Below are positions 11,798 to 24,800 of a stretch of 64,000 bases of DNA, piece after piece (within the stretch, counting starts at the first letter, position 1; every line of letters starts with the position of its first letter). The notes below the pieces were generated by a model, which did not search any database, was not told the origin of the DNA, and was given only the letters and a program-made list of their open reading frames with translations. The stretch is from Octopus bimaculoides (lineage: Eukaryota), in contig NC_068996.1 of assembly GCF_001194135.2 (NCBI RefSeq), positions 24,707,064 to 24,771,063 of the forward strand, given 5' to 3'. A program made the translations under genes and the position numbers.

Positions 11798-14453
11798 ACA
11801 TACAATTATATACTCTCACACAACCACACATATATACGGGGGGGGGGGGGTGTCAAAAAGTCCCTGGCTTTATGGGCATTACAAAAGGCCTAATCTTCTG
11901 AGTTCTTTTACAGGACTCAGAAAAACTGAAGGACGACTGCAATAAGTTTGTGAATTTGAGAAGGGGAATATGTTGAATAAAATCATAACTGATCCCCTGT
12001 ATTTTCTTCTACCCAAAGCAAGGACCTTTTCAGCACCCACTCATATATACAATATAATGGCTTCCATGACAGCATGGACTGAATAGTCTATCATGGTTTG
12101 TGTCAGATCTTATTCCGAGTCATTGTCTTCTGAGATGAGACAAGAAAGCACATCTTGCTTGGACATCTCAGTTTTGGCAGTTTCTATGATTGGATGCCTT
12201 TCTTAACATCAATCACTTTACAGAGTGTACTGAGTGTATATTATTGTGTGGCATCGGCCATCACTGGTGAGGTTTACCTTGTAATATTCACAAGACTAAC
12301 GAGCTTCACAACTCAGGGGATGATAATGTAAGCTGAGTTTAAATTGATGCGTTGAGAGAAATACGATGGGAGAACTGATTTACTGTTATGACAAGATGGT
12401 TATCTGAAGAGATAACACTGGTGGGGAGTAATAGAAAGGAAACAGCAGTATCAGAGGTTAGAGGGGAACGAAGTCCCCGGAGGAGAATTAATGGATATTA
12501 TTGACAGAATGTGGTGTAAGTGGATCTAAGTGGTGCAGGAATATTGTCAAAAAATTTTTTTCCTGAAGTATGTTAATTTCAAGAATTGCTGTCAGTGGAG
12601 ACATAATGAAATCTTTGATTGCAACAAAGAGATCCAACAGGTAAGATATGATCTAGTTCTAGAAGTGAGTGAGTATACAATTAGATCTAGTTCTAGAGGG
12701 GAGTGGGTATACAATTCAGGAGCTCAAATCCATTGCAGTCATTATCGTATCTTTGTGAAGGACAAATCCCAATTTATTCTACACACCACAAGTTACCTAA
12801 CTATTGAGAATACTCCCCAAGAACTACAAACAAAGTTTCTTGCAATAGGCAAAGATTTGGCCTTAGTGTTGAAACAAAGCATCAGCCCAATGGTTTTTCA
12901 AAGGATTCACTTTAATTTGACCCCTTATCCTAGAACATAAGCAGTTTTAATTTTGGCAATTTAAGACAGGAAATAGGATTTAGTTCACCAATTCTATAAC
13001 CTGTATTCATTACTTGTCAATAAACAAGCAGCTGTATAGGAATTCTCTCCTGGAAAACTGACAATGCCTTTAATAAGATGTTCCACAAAACCAACATTGG
13101 TATGTAATTGTTATTTCAACAATGACAGTAATGATACACACACACACACATATACATCACAGGTGCAGATGGAGCTGTGTAGTTAAGAAACTTCCAAACA
13201 ATGTAGTCTCAGGTTCAGTCCCACTGTGCAGCACCTTGGGGAAGTGTCTTTTGCTATAGCCCTGGGCCAGCCATGCCCCATGAGTGGTGTGTGTAGAAAA
13301 CAAATTATTCCATTGTACCCATGCAAACATGGAAAGTCAATGCTAAATGTTAATGATGATATATATATTACACACACACATATATATATATACACATACA
13401 CATGTACTTGATGCCTCATATTCAGTTTTCCTTGTAAATCATTTACACTCTGCTGTGCATGCACACTGACATTACCCATGCAGTGGAGCTAACATGCTCC
13501 ACTGGATGGGTAATATCAGTGTGTATGTATGACTGAGTGTAAATGATTTAAGAGGAAAACTGGGTACAAGAGGTATCAGATGTGAGCAAGAGAGAAGACT
13601 GCATTGTTCTGGTCATGTAATGCATATGGATGAGGACAGCCAAGTAAAGAAGTGTCGAGCTTTAATAACGGCGGGTACCTGTGGAAGGGGTAGATGTAGG
13701 AAGACATGAGATGAAGTGGTGAGAAAGGACTGGGAGATGTGGCAATCTTGTTCTTGATAAGATGTGTCAATCTAAGTAAAATTGTTGTCTTCCACACATA
13801 CAGGCTTGTTCTTTCAAGTGCCTGTGCCAGTGCTGTGTAGATGCACCCATGCTGGTGCAGTTTAAACACACCCAGCTCACTGTTAAGTGGTTGGTGTAAG
13901 GAAGGGCATCCAGCCATAGAAACCATGCCACAACAAACAGCTCCATATCAAACTGTCCAACCCATGCCAGCATGGAAAGTGGATATTAAATGATGATGAT
14001 GATGATGTGTGTGTGTATATATATTCTTTTATTTGTCATTTGAGTGTGGCCATGCTGGAGCACTGCCTTGAAAGATTTTAGCTGAACAAATTGACCCCAG
14101 GACATTTTTTAAGTCTAGTACTTATTCTACTAGTCTCTTTTGCAAAATTGCCAAGTTACGGGGATGTAAACACGCCAACACCAGTTGTCAGGTGGTGATG
14201 GTGGGGGACAAATACACACACACGATGGGCTTCTTTCAGTTTCTGCCTACCAGATCCACTCAAGGATTTGGTTGGCCTGAGGCTACAGTAGAACATACTT
14301 GCCCAAGGTGCCATGCAGTGGGACTGAACCTGGAACTATGTGGCTGAGAAGCAAGCTTCTTACCACACAGCCACGCTTCAAAAATTAATCAGAAACATGC
14401 TTATTTCTCATGAGTTATCATCCAAAAAATCCTTACAATGTCATGCCTTTATT

Positions 14454-14500
<47 letters not shown>

Positions 14501-17500
14501 CTGAAGTTCATAGAAAAACAAAAGACGAAGACAGGTGTATAAACAACAAGCAAGTGTATTAGTTTGACACTCAGGAAGGTGAGAAAGTCTCTTACGTTGT
14601 GAGCCTATGCTCTTCAACAGAAAGGAACATACACACACGTGTGTTGAAGATTGTTGTTAGGCTTTATGATATGGATTGAACAAATCTCTGAAGGGAAACA
14701 ATTTGTAGTAGCAGGCAGAAGGGAATGGAGCCAGACAAATGGAATAATAATTTACACACTAATTCCACAAGGCAATGAACCAGTACTACAACTTAGCTAT
14801 AAGGGTGTGAGGTGCTAAAATGTTGTTGCAGTTCTCACAAAACATATTTTTTCAGCAATGTTGTATTTTACTACATTGAAAATTTCCCTGGTTTATCAAT
14901 ATTTGTAAATATTTGATTGTGGGATTTCATTTCTTAATGAAAATTGAATTGTAGTTCAATTTTGAACCCCATGACTCATTCAATGTAGCCACTACTAAGA
15001 GTAAGATGAGATCTTGTAAACAATAAACTATTAAGGAAACACTACATAAAAGCTGTTCCCAACCTTCTACATACAGTGAAGCTATGCCCCATTATTCTGT
15101 CTACCTTTACAACTATAATCTTGCCTTCTGAACTTATATCTCCACTGTGCATAATACATCTCATTTCCAAATTCCACACTCAAAACAGTTTTGAATTCTT
15201 CCTCCCCAGACTAGTACTTTTTTGGCACAAGACCAGCAATTTTTTGGGGGTGGTGGTGGTGGTGGTGAATACATCGACCCTCCCAATACTCAGCTAGTAC
15301 TTTTTTTTATCGAACCTGAAAGGATGAAAGACAAATCAAACAGAATTTGAACTTAGAACATAAGACTCTCTGCAGCCATATTAAACATTAATTGTTACAA
15401 TAATTATATAACCCAAGTGGTTCATAGACAGTTAAACATGTAGCTTTCAATATTCTGTTACCAGCAAAGGGTCTTATTTGAGATACCTATACTACCAGTG
15501 GTGCACCTGATTTCATATTAAATCCCTTGCCATATAATTATCAACAGCTTCTTATACTATGTAAAATGTCAAAACTCATCTAAAGGAAACCTTTTAATAA
15601 AATTCAGTTGAAATGTGTAAAACACAAACAGAATGAAACTCAATCAAAATGAAGTGTACTCTTTAAAAAAGAAACTGTGCTGAAAAATAAGCAGATTGGC
15701 TCTCAAGATGAAACAAAATAAAATCAAGAATTAGGTAAATCTACATACCGTCCCTAAAACAGCCCAACCGGTACAGTGTTGGCATTTTGATAACAAATGC
15801 AAATATGTCATCAATAAATGTATTTAATGCTTTGTAAGTTAGCATACGCCATGGAAGATGTGCAACTGATTTCATCTTATAGTTGATGAACAACTGTGGT
15901 GTCATCATAATGAACCCTGTAAAAGGAAAAAAAAGAGAAAAAAATGAAAAACAAAAATAAAGTAACAATTTTACAATAGAATAGAAGAATTGCTATTGTA
16001 ACATTAATTCATTTGAAAAAGGGAAACAGACAAAAAAACTGCCAATATTAAAATGGAGATAACTGTATGGAAATTTACTTAAAAAAATAGTGTAATATGA
16101 GAGAATATAAAATATAAAATAAATCAATAGGTTCAAATGGATGAAAAAAAAAAAAAAAAAAAAAAAAAGAGGGAGATTTTAAAAGATGGCAGTGGTCAAA
16201 AAGCATTTGTTCAATATTTCAAAGATATAGGTTACAGAAACCTAATTTTATTTTGTAAAAGTGTAAACAAATTAGAATCTTCTGATTGGTTACTGATAGT
16301 GTTATTAACAAAGCATATTTAAATTCTCATTGGTTTTCATAATGATGTCAACAGGTTCAGCTAGATGATTGATGACTCTTACACTTTAGTGTAGTTATTT
16401 GCTCAGGCTCAAGATTTTTTTAACAGCTTGTTAAACACTACAGATAGAGCTAAGATGTTCAACATAGGATGTACTAAATGTTAAATTAATAATTACAGAA
16501 ATTTGGCTATGTAGGTCACACGAAAAATAACTATTGTACATTTATTAATGCTCAATACTACTTAATAACCACCAGCACACCTAGGAGTAGAGCAAATGAA
16601 CGATCATCTACAGACTTGCTAGAAAGAGAAACCAAACTGTCCTTAATCCTTTAGCATTTAAACAGCCATATCAGGCCAATATATTCTATCTATTTTATAC
16701 TCAAACTGACCAGTTCCAGCCTTTCATACCTACTGTACAATATCATTCTAATACTATACAATCACATCATAAAAATCTCAAAAGCTACAAAATAATGAAT
16801 GATTAATTCTAAACAATGTGAATGAAAGCATTACATTTAACAGAATAATTTGAATGCTAATGCTTTTCATTCACATTGTTTAGAATTAATCATTCATTAT
16901 CTTGTAGCTTTTGAGATTTTTATGGTGTGATTGTATAGTATTTGAATGCTAATGGGTTAAATTACAATCTTCCTATATATATAGGACAATGTAATGGATG
17001 GGATAGTCATCGTTGAGGCACCTTTGATCTACTCAGTCAAGATTAACTTATGTTAAACAACAATAGCACTACCATCTGGAACCACTGACACAACGATGAA
17101 GTTGGCAACCATTACATGTTAACTACACTTTTCAATTTTACTCTCCAGAAACAGGCCTTTTATCAAATCTTTTATGTTTTACTGTTTTCATGCTGGGGCA
17201 CCACCTTGAAGAATTTTAGTTAAACAAATTGACTCAAAGAACTAATAATTTTCTTTTGTAAAGCCTGGTAGTTATTCTATTGCTCTCTTTTATGGGATGT
17301 AAACACATGAACACCAGTTGTCAATCAGTGGTGGGGGACAGGGCTTCTTTCCATTTCTGTCTACTAAACCCATTCACAAGGCTTTGGTTGGCTTGCCCAA
17401 GGTGCCACACAGTGGAATTGAAACCAGAACATGTGGTTGGGAAGCAAACTTCTTACCACACAGCCCATGCCTGTGCCTATGATGATATAAATTGTTGAAG

Positions 17501-18856
17501 TAAGTATTTTTATACTGATGGTCATGGCTAGACTAGTCTAGAAGTCATAGATGGGGCTAACAACAACCCAGAACTTTACTACTGACTACCACCACACAGA
17601 AATTATTATGTCTTTCACTCAGTACAAATATAAATACAAACAAACCACATTTGCAACATCAATACATTAATTCATCTCAAACAGTATGTTAGGATGTAGA
17701 TGTACACCACTAACACAGATTAAATGCAGAGGAACAGTTTAATGTTAGAACTAAAAACTGCCAACAAGGTTTCAAACCACAGGCACATATTTAGTCATCA
17801 AGTATCTTTAAATTGATAGCCACATTAAGACAAAGTAATTTAAAAAATTATCTGCAGATAATAACAACAGCAACAATCCTTTATACTATAGGCAAAAGGC
17901 CTGGAATGTGCGGAGGGGATAGTCAATCATATTGACCCCAGTACTTCTTGACTGGTACTTATTTTATCAACCCCAAAAAGATGAAAGGCAAAGTTGACCT
18001 CGGCTGAATTTGAATTCAGAACACGAAGACAGATGAAATACTGCTATGCATTTTGCCTGGTTAATGATTCTGCCAGCTTGACACAATAATAATAATAACA
18101 ATAATAAAAATAATAATAAAATTTAAAAAATTACTCACCAAATGTTAGCAAAAATCCATACAACATACTTAATGAGAATGAATACCATCCCTTATGTTCA
18201 TTATATACTAATGAGTAGATAGAATACATTACTAACAAAGGAAACAAACACCATGATAAATACTTGAAAGCCACCTGGAATTAAAGAAAAAAAAGAAGTT
18301 TATTATACCTTTTGATAAAAAGAAAAATAATTACTATGTTGCTATAGAATAATTATTTAGAAGGAGGAACAACAATTCAACAATTCACTATTCAAAGTGG
18401 TTGCAATCCAACCCATGTCAACATAGACATTAAAATGGTGATAATGATGATGATGATGATGATAATGATGATGCAAAGACACTCACCAAATCATATTGTT
18501 TAGTTACTGATTTATATGTTGATTTTTCTTTAAATATTGGTCTGGGAATGAAACCCAACATTTTGTTTTCACGGTCAAGCTGGAAATAAATGGAACAAAG
18601 AACATTGTTGCTTATTTTACATTTAAACAAAAACAAAAATATAAATTTACATCAGTTTTTTCTCCCTTCTTCACCAACCATTTAAACCTGTTTATCTATT
18701 TTTCTCAAGCTTGAATGATATGGCTTTCTTTTGCAAATATGGGCATTTACTTCTTTTGATGACATCTCATCTGAGATTGTCTCTAGATCTATGATAGAAA
18801 CTTTGTTTTTGAGTTATCTACAGTAAAACCTTCCTTCAAATTTTCATGTCAATTTA

Positions 18857-18892
<36 letters not shown>

Positions 18893-21800
18893 TTTTTAAT
18901 GTGATAATAGCTATTTTACTAAATTCTTTATAATTTTCAAACTCAATTGGAACATAGTCTGAGAATATTGGTAGAAATATGGTACCAAACAGGTTAACAT
19001 TAATAGAACAAATGCTTTTACAGCTTGATAATTTACCTTTCACAAACAAACAGGCAGTTAGCATTATATACATATTACTACTTTGATGTTCAAAAATATT
19101 AAGAATGTTTGAACATTTGTAAAACTTAATTAAAATTTGAAATTTACATATTGCAACAACTCTCCACCACTACAAAAAAAAAAGTTTCAATTTCTAGAAA
19201 ATTGTGAGATTACTTACCGATATATCAACAACTTTTTGAATTTTCCATATTTCTATTGCTAGTCCAATAATGACACTTATTTTCACTATTGGGTTAGTTT
19301 CATTGTCTAACACATAGAGAACCACAACTACGGACTGGAACACATTGAAGAAAACCGATCGAACCGAAAGTCCTTCTAAAGATTTTCTACTTTTCCAAAA
19401 CTGAATATCTGAAAAAGTAAATAGATATATCATAAAAAGCCATGTTATTTACGCACTTTTTTCACAAAAACAAAAAAAAATTTTAGGGTTTGTGTAAATT
19501 ACATGAGTAGATCATTTCCAGAATTGTTTCAGAAATTTTTTTTGTTGAAAAATGACATACAGGAAGGTGGCTCATTTAATGTAGAAATAGGTTTTTACAG
19601 AAAAAAATATAATGAAGTTGACTTTTATTTATGCTGGATTGTATAATGCTTACTTTTTCTGTATAAATTTACTAAAACCAGAAAATGGTTAACTACTTTT
19701 GAAGTTTGACATTCATGCTGGTAATCATAGTCTGGGCCATATTTTACACTGCTTGGAGTTTCTACCTATCACAATGGAGCCCAGCAATTTCCTTAAATAG
19801 ATCAGTTTTTCTCCACTTGGGGAGTCTAGTTTGCATTTGCATCAGGAAGCTATTTTCTCGCTTTCTCCACATTACGACACAATGAAATTCATCACCACCG
19901 ATATCACTGCTACCAGCTCTTACTGTATCTAACGTTGACAACAACATAATTCATCTTTGCGCATGTAAATTCACTAAGTGAATATGACATAGCGTTCCTA
20001 CAGAAACCTTAATTTACCTTATACGATGTTTAATGTCGTTTCACATTCATGTTGAATTATGCAGCAATCTTATGTTCTCTTCATAGAACACTTGTAATGT
20101 ATGTATTACCCATTCTTTTGGTATAGTAGATTTTTGCTATTCTTGTTTATGTCTCCTCACAGACGTGTATATTCTAACAAGTTGCTTCTTAAATTTCACA
20201 CCTCTCTTGTTCAATAAACACCGAGTTTAACTTGCAAAGCTGTTTACATAATCAGTTTGATCGGTCACCTTCCTCTGTCGGTTGAGTAAAGTATCATCCA
20301 AGCTGATGTTTATTGGTAATTAAATAAACTTATTTTGCAACACTGGTGCATATTTATCAGCTTTGTTTTTGTTGATAAGAATTATCAACAACTTTTCCTG
20401 TGATCGTGATTTGAGAAGACTTAGAGAAGTATGCTAAAGATCAGACATAATCTTTTGCGGGCAAGAAATGTAAAATAAAGTTTATTATAAACAACACAAA
20501 TACTTTGTAATTTAATAGCTTTCAATATGATACATGTTAAACAGAAATTATTCTTATTTAATAAAAATTTAATAAAATCTAATCATAAGTAAGTGAAATT
20601 ATGCTAAATACAACTAAATTGAAAACCTTTTCCTTCTGGCCATATTGGCAATCCTGAAAATTTTGGGGTGTGAATTTTACACGAGTAGAAGGTTTTTTTT
20701 AACAATTTTTATCCTGAAAATCACATGCGTAAATTACATGAGTTTTTACGGTATTTTCAATTAAATAAATATAGTTTTAAAATATTTAGGAATTTAATGA
20801 CAGGGATATAAATAACAATATGGGAATACATACAAAAAAGAGGATCTAGTTTCATTAACCCTGTAATTGCAGGTGCAACTGTGCAGTTAAGAAGTTTACT
20901 TCCCAACCACATGGTTGTAGGTTCAGTCTGCATCTTGGGGCAAGTGCCTTCTTTTATAGCTCTGGGCTGACCAAAGCTTTGAGTGGATTTAGTAGACTAA
21001 AACTGAAAGAAACTTGTTAAGTACGTATATTTGTTATTTGTGTGTGTATATACAGATGTTTATGTGTGTGCCTCCTTTCTTGACATGGGATAGTTATAAA
21101 CAAGTGCCACTATTATACAAGTGGAATCTGTTGGCTTCTTTCATGGGGAAATGTCACCTTACTTAGAAACAGGTGACGGTTAGTGGTATCTAGCTGTAAA
21201 AAACCCCAAAAAAACACAACTTTGTTCAAAGACAGGATATGTCGAGGCAGATTCCATACAGCCAGGTGCCCTTCCTGTCACCAACCCTCACATTTCCAAG
21301 TGAGGTAATATTCCCCATGACTATACTTGTTTGCACAGAAGATTGGAAACAAGGGACAATGCTTATATGAAAGTGACACACCTGTGTGTGTGTGTGTGCA
21401 TATATAACATGGTACTAGTCTCCCGAGCCTCAATCAATGCTATGAGTTCTATCATGTGGTAGGACTTGTTATCAATATCTCTAAGTGCACCTGGTTCTCA
21501 AAAGTTAAGAAACACATATATATAATGATGTTTCCTAACTATTATATGTAGTTTTATTTTTCTCTCAGAGGAAATTTTTTAGTTAAGATCATATTTAAAA
21601 TCTTTTTGCATACTTACCATTCTTAAATGCCAAGAATTCAAATACACTATGTACAATTGATACGATAACAGTAATAGCCAGTAAGTATGGATTAGTTTCC
21701 AAGAAAGCAATCTGCAAGGAGAGAAAATAGCAACAATAAGAAAGACAATTTTTTATATAGGTAAAAATCTATAAATTTATAATGGAAGAATATAATCGAT

Positions 21801-24800
21801 TAAAATAACCTCAATATTAGTCTGGTACATTGGGGTGAGGCAGGGGTTCAAAATGCCGAGTTAAGTTTAGTGGAATTTGAACCCAGGACAAACAGTTTAT
21901 ATTTTAGCTTCTTTAGAGAAGAAACTAAAATATAATTTCATCCAAATTAATTAAATCTCAGATTAAGAATGAGGTAATAAGGATCGTAGAAATGGCCAGT
22001 AAAATAAAGGACAGTGGCACCATTTATATTAATACCTGCAATAATGGGAGAATATGAATATTTAACTTGATCTCCTGAAATTACTGAAACAAATATGTAA
22101 ATGCTTCAAAGTAGATAAATCATGTATGTAGTTTTTTTTCAAAACAGTTTTTGCATTTCTGTTTTGAAAATTGGAGACTCCAAATGAGGGAAAAAAAACT
22201 CCTTTACATGCAACTTACATAATGCACATCTTGTAAAAAGAAATTTTATTTTACAATTTACACAAAATATGGGGTTTTATAAGAGGTTTGTTATAATATT
22301 TGTAAACTATGCTCCAAGCTTATTCAATCTTAATATTTTTACATCAGCTAGAGCCAATGCCATTTATAGGCCTATTGAAATCAGGACAGAAAGATTATAA
22401 CAGTAATGAGTAGAGGTAATAAGGGCAGCAAGCTGCCAGAAACGTTGGCACACTGGGCGAAATGCTTAGCAGTATTTCATCTGTCTTTACATTCTGAGTT
22501 CAAATTCCGCCAAGGTCAACTTTGCCTTTCATCTTTTCGAGGTCGATTAAATAAGTACCAGTTATGCACTGGGTTCGATCTAATCAACTTAATCCCTTTG
22601 TCTATCCTTGTTTGTCCCCTCTATGTTTAGCCCCTTGTGGGCAATAAAGAAATAAGTAATTAGAGTTAGAGGCCAATATAGCAGCAGTAAAAAAAAGCAG
22701 AGAGAAGAGACAGGATATCTATATGGACCAGAGAATGGAGCATGCCTGTGAGTGATTTTATGCTAATTGCTTGACTGAACCTCTTCTGAAGGCTGCCAAG
22801 TATATGTAGCAGCACTTTCAAATGTGGGAGCAGTACCTTCATTAAGAATCTCATCTAAATTTTGTAGAGGCTTTATAGCTGTTGGGGGCTGAAATATCTG
22901 GATCTAACAAGGACTAGTCCTTGAGATAATATGTTAAGAGGAATCTTCAATGATAACATTTCAAGCAATCACAAGGGTTCAAATTGCATGCTGTGCATGC
23001 TTAAGTGTATTGAGATGCAATGATATGTATTTGGTACATGCACCATTTCCTCTAAACATTGAAAATACATGAGAATGCTGATTGATGTGAGCCTGATATT
23101 TCATTCAAGAGGAAGATTTACACTTTACCTGTCTAATGTCAAGAAACAAGAGCTAAATACTCATTACTTTGGTGAAATAATATATTATCCACATATAGTA
23201 CTAAGATTTGAACTCTTGTGTGTGTGTGTTTGTGTGTGCTAGAGAGTGAATAATTGAACACATCAACTATCCTCTGTTATTACACATCTCTGGATATCTA
23301 AATAGAGAATTACTTTAATGTACACTAATAAAATGATATATTTTGTCAAAAATGAACACAGTACACAGGCAAGGCCGTGTGTTTATGTGTTTGCTCCCAC
23401 TGGCAACCAGTGTTGATTTGCTTGATTGCAGTCCTACGACTGAAATAAGTAAAAGAGTAGTGCAAATAGAAAGTGAAAAATAAGAGAATTTCTGAAACAA
23501 TAAAATACAAACCTTGACAGAATCCTGCTCTTCCTCTCCTTCCTCAACAAAATTTGATCCCAATACATTGTACCACTTATTACGCATATTTTGTGCTGCA
23601 TACAATTGCCAACGGAACAGTGAAATTGGTTTATAAGTGAGAGTTAGGTTCACAACCCTAAGATAATGAGAATGAAGAAATAAAATATTAGCATACAAAA
23701 TAGTTTATAGGAAAAAAGTCTTACATAAATGTTGAGTACAGGTCTACACATGCTTGTTGGATGAGTGAGAAAGCTACTTTCCCTATTTTCTCATCATGGC
23801 AGGAGTTGGACAGTTTGGATACAAATCAACAAGCCTGAGGGCAACATTGTGTTCCAAGGTCTGCTTTGGAATGGTTTCTATGGCTGGATGCTCTTCCTAA
23901 CACTTAAAAATATTTGTAACACTGGATATACGTTGTCACAAATTCTGAGGAAGAAGCACAGTTTATTGAAACATTCCCATTATTTACCTGATGCTTGTTT
24001 CATAGACATTAGTTAGTTTGGAACAGGCAACACAAAATAACGAAATTACTATTGCAAGATATTTTGCCTGACAACCTTCAACACCACATCCCTAATGAAG
24101 TTCAGAGCCCTTTTTTAAAATGCAAAATTAGCACAAGCCCAAAGCAGTTTGCAGTGAAATAAAATAGGTTTCCAAGAAGCACTCAATTTACAAGAATGAT
24201 TAATATTAGACAAAATGCCTTGCAATACTTCTAGATCTTTACCACCTGAGTTCAAATCCTGCTCAGGTCAACTTAGCTTTTCATCTCTGGTAAGTGTGTG
24301 TATGGGGCAGAGAAAGAGAGAGAGGTTTGTTTCAATAAAATATAGTACCATCCAGATACTGGGGTCAATTCAAGTGACTTCACTTCTCCAAATTACTTGT
24401 CTCGTGTCTAAATTATGAATCAATTCTAGCATGGAAGACTGTCCCTACAATGAAAAGATGCTATAGTCATAAAAAATACTTCTAGGTAGCAGAGATCTTT
24501 TTGAGGAGATAATATGATATAGTGATGTGCTATGTAATTTTATTGAAATGCCAGAAGATCAATAAATTCATATTTACTTTGTAGAGTGATTAATTGGCAC
24601 ATAATCACTGTTGAGGTTCCAGTAGTCATTGAAGAAGATTACCGGGAAGTACTTGTTGGATCCAAGTTGAAAAACAACATCTGATAATAGTGAGACGAAA
24701 ACAAAATTATCATCACAAAAACAATATATTATTCCATAAGGAAATCAGTTAAAAATAAAGTGAACATTACAACATTGTTTCAAACAGAAACCCTTTACTG

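Noticed and set aside
12530-12940. 136-aa plus-strand ORF
   Set aside because: No recognisable domain, non-ATG start, contains a ~33-bp tandem duplication; probably an old repeat remnant
18685-18820. Possible cassette exon between exons I and J (TTTACTGTAG acceptor, CAG/GTTTAA donor)
   Set aside because: Stops in all three frames and a weak donor; nothing distinguishes it from chance splice-like motifs
19762-19947. 61-aa ORF as a nested gene
   Set aside because: Lies inside the TA-flanked TIR element; at most a decayed transposase N-terminal fragment, which I could not identify with confidence
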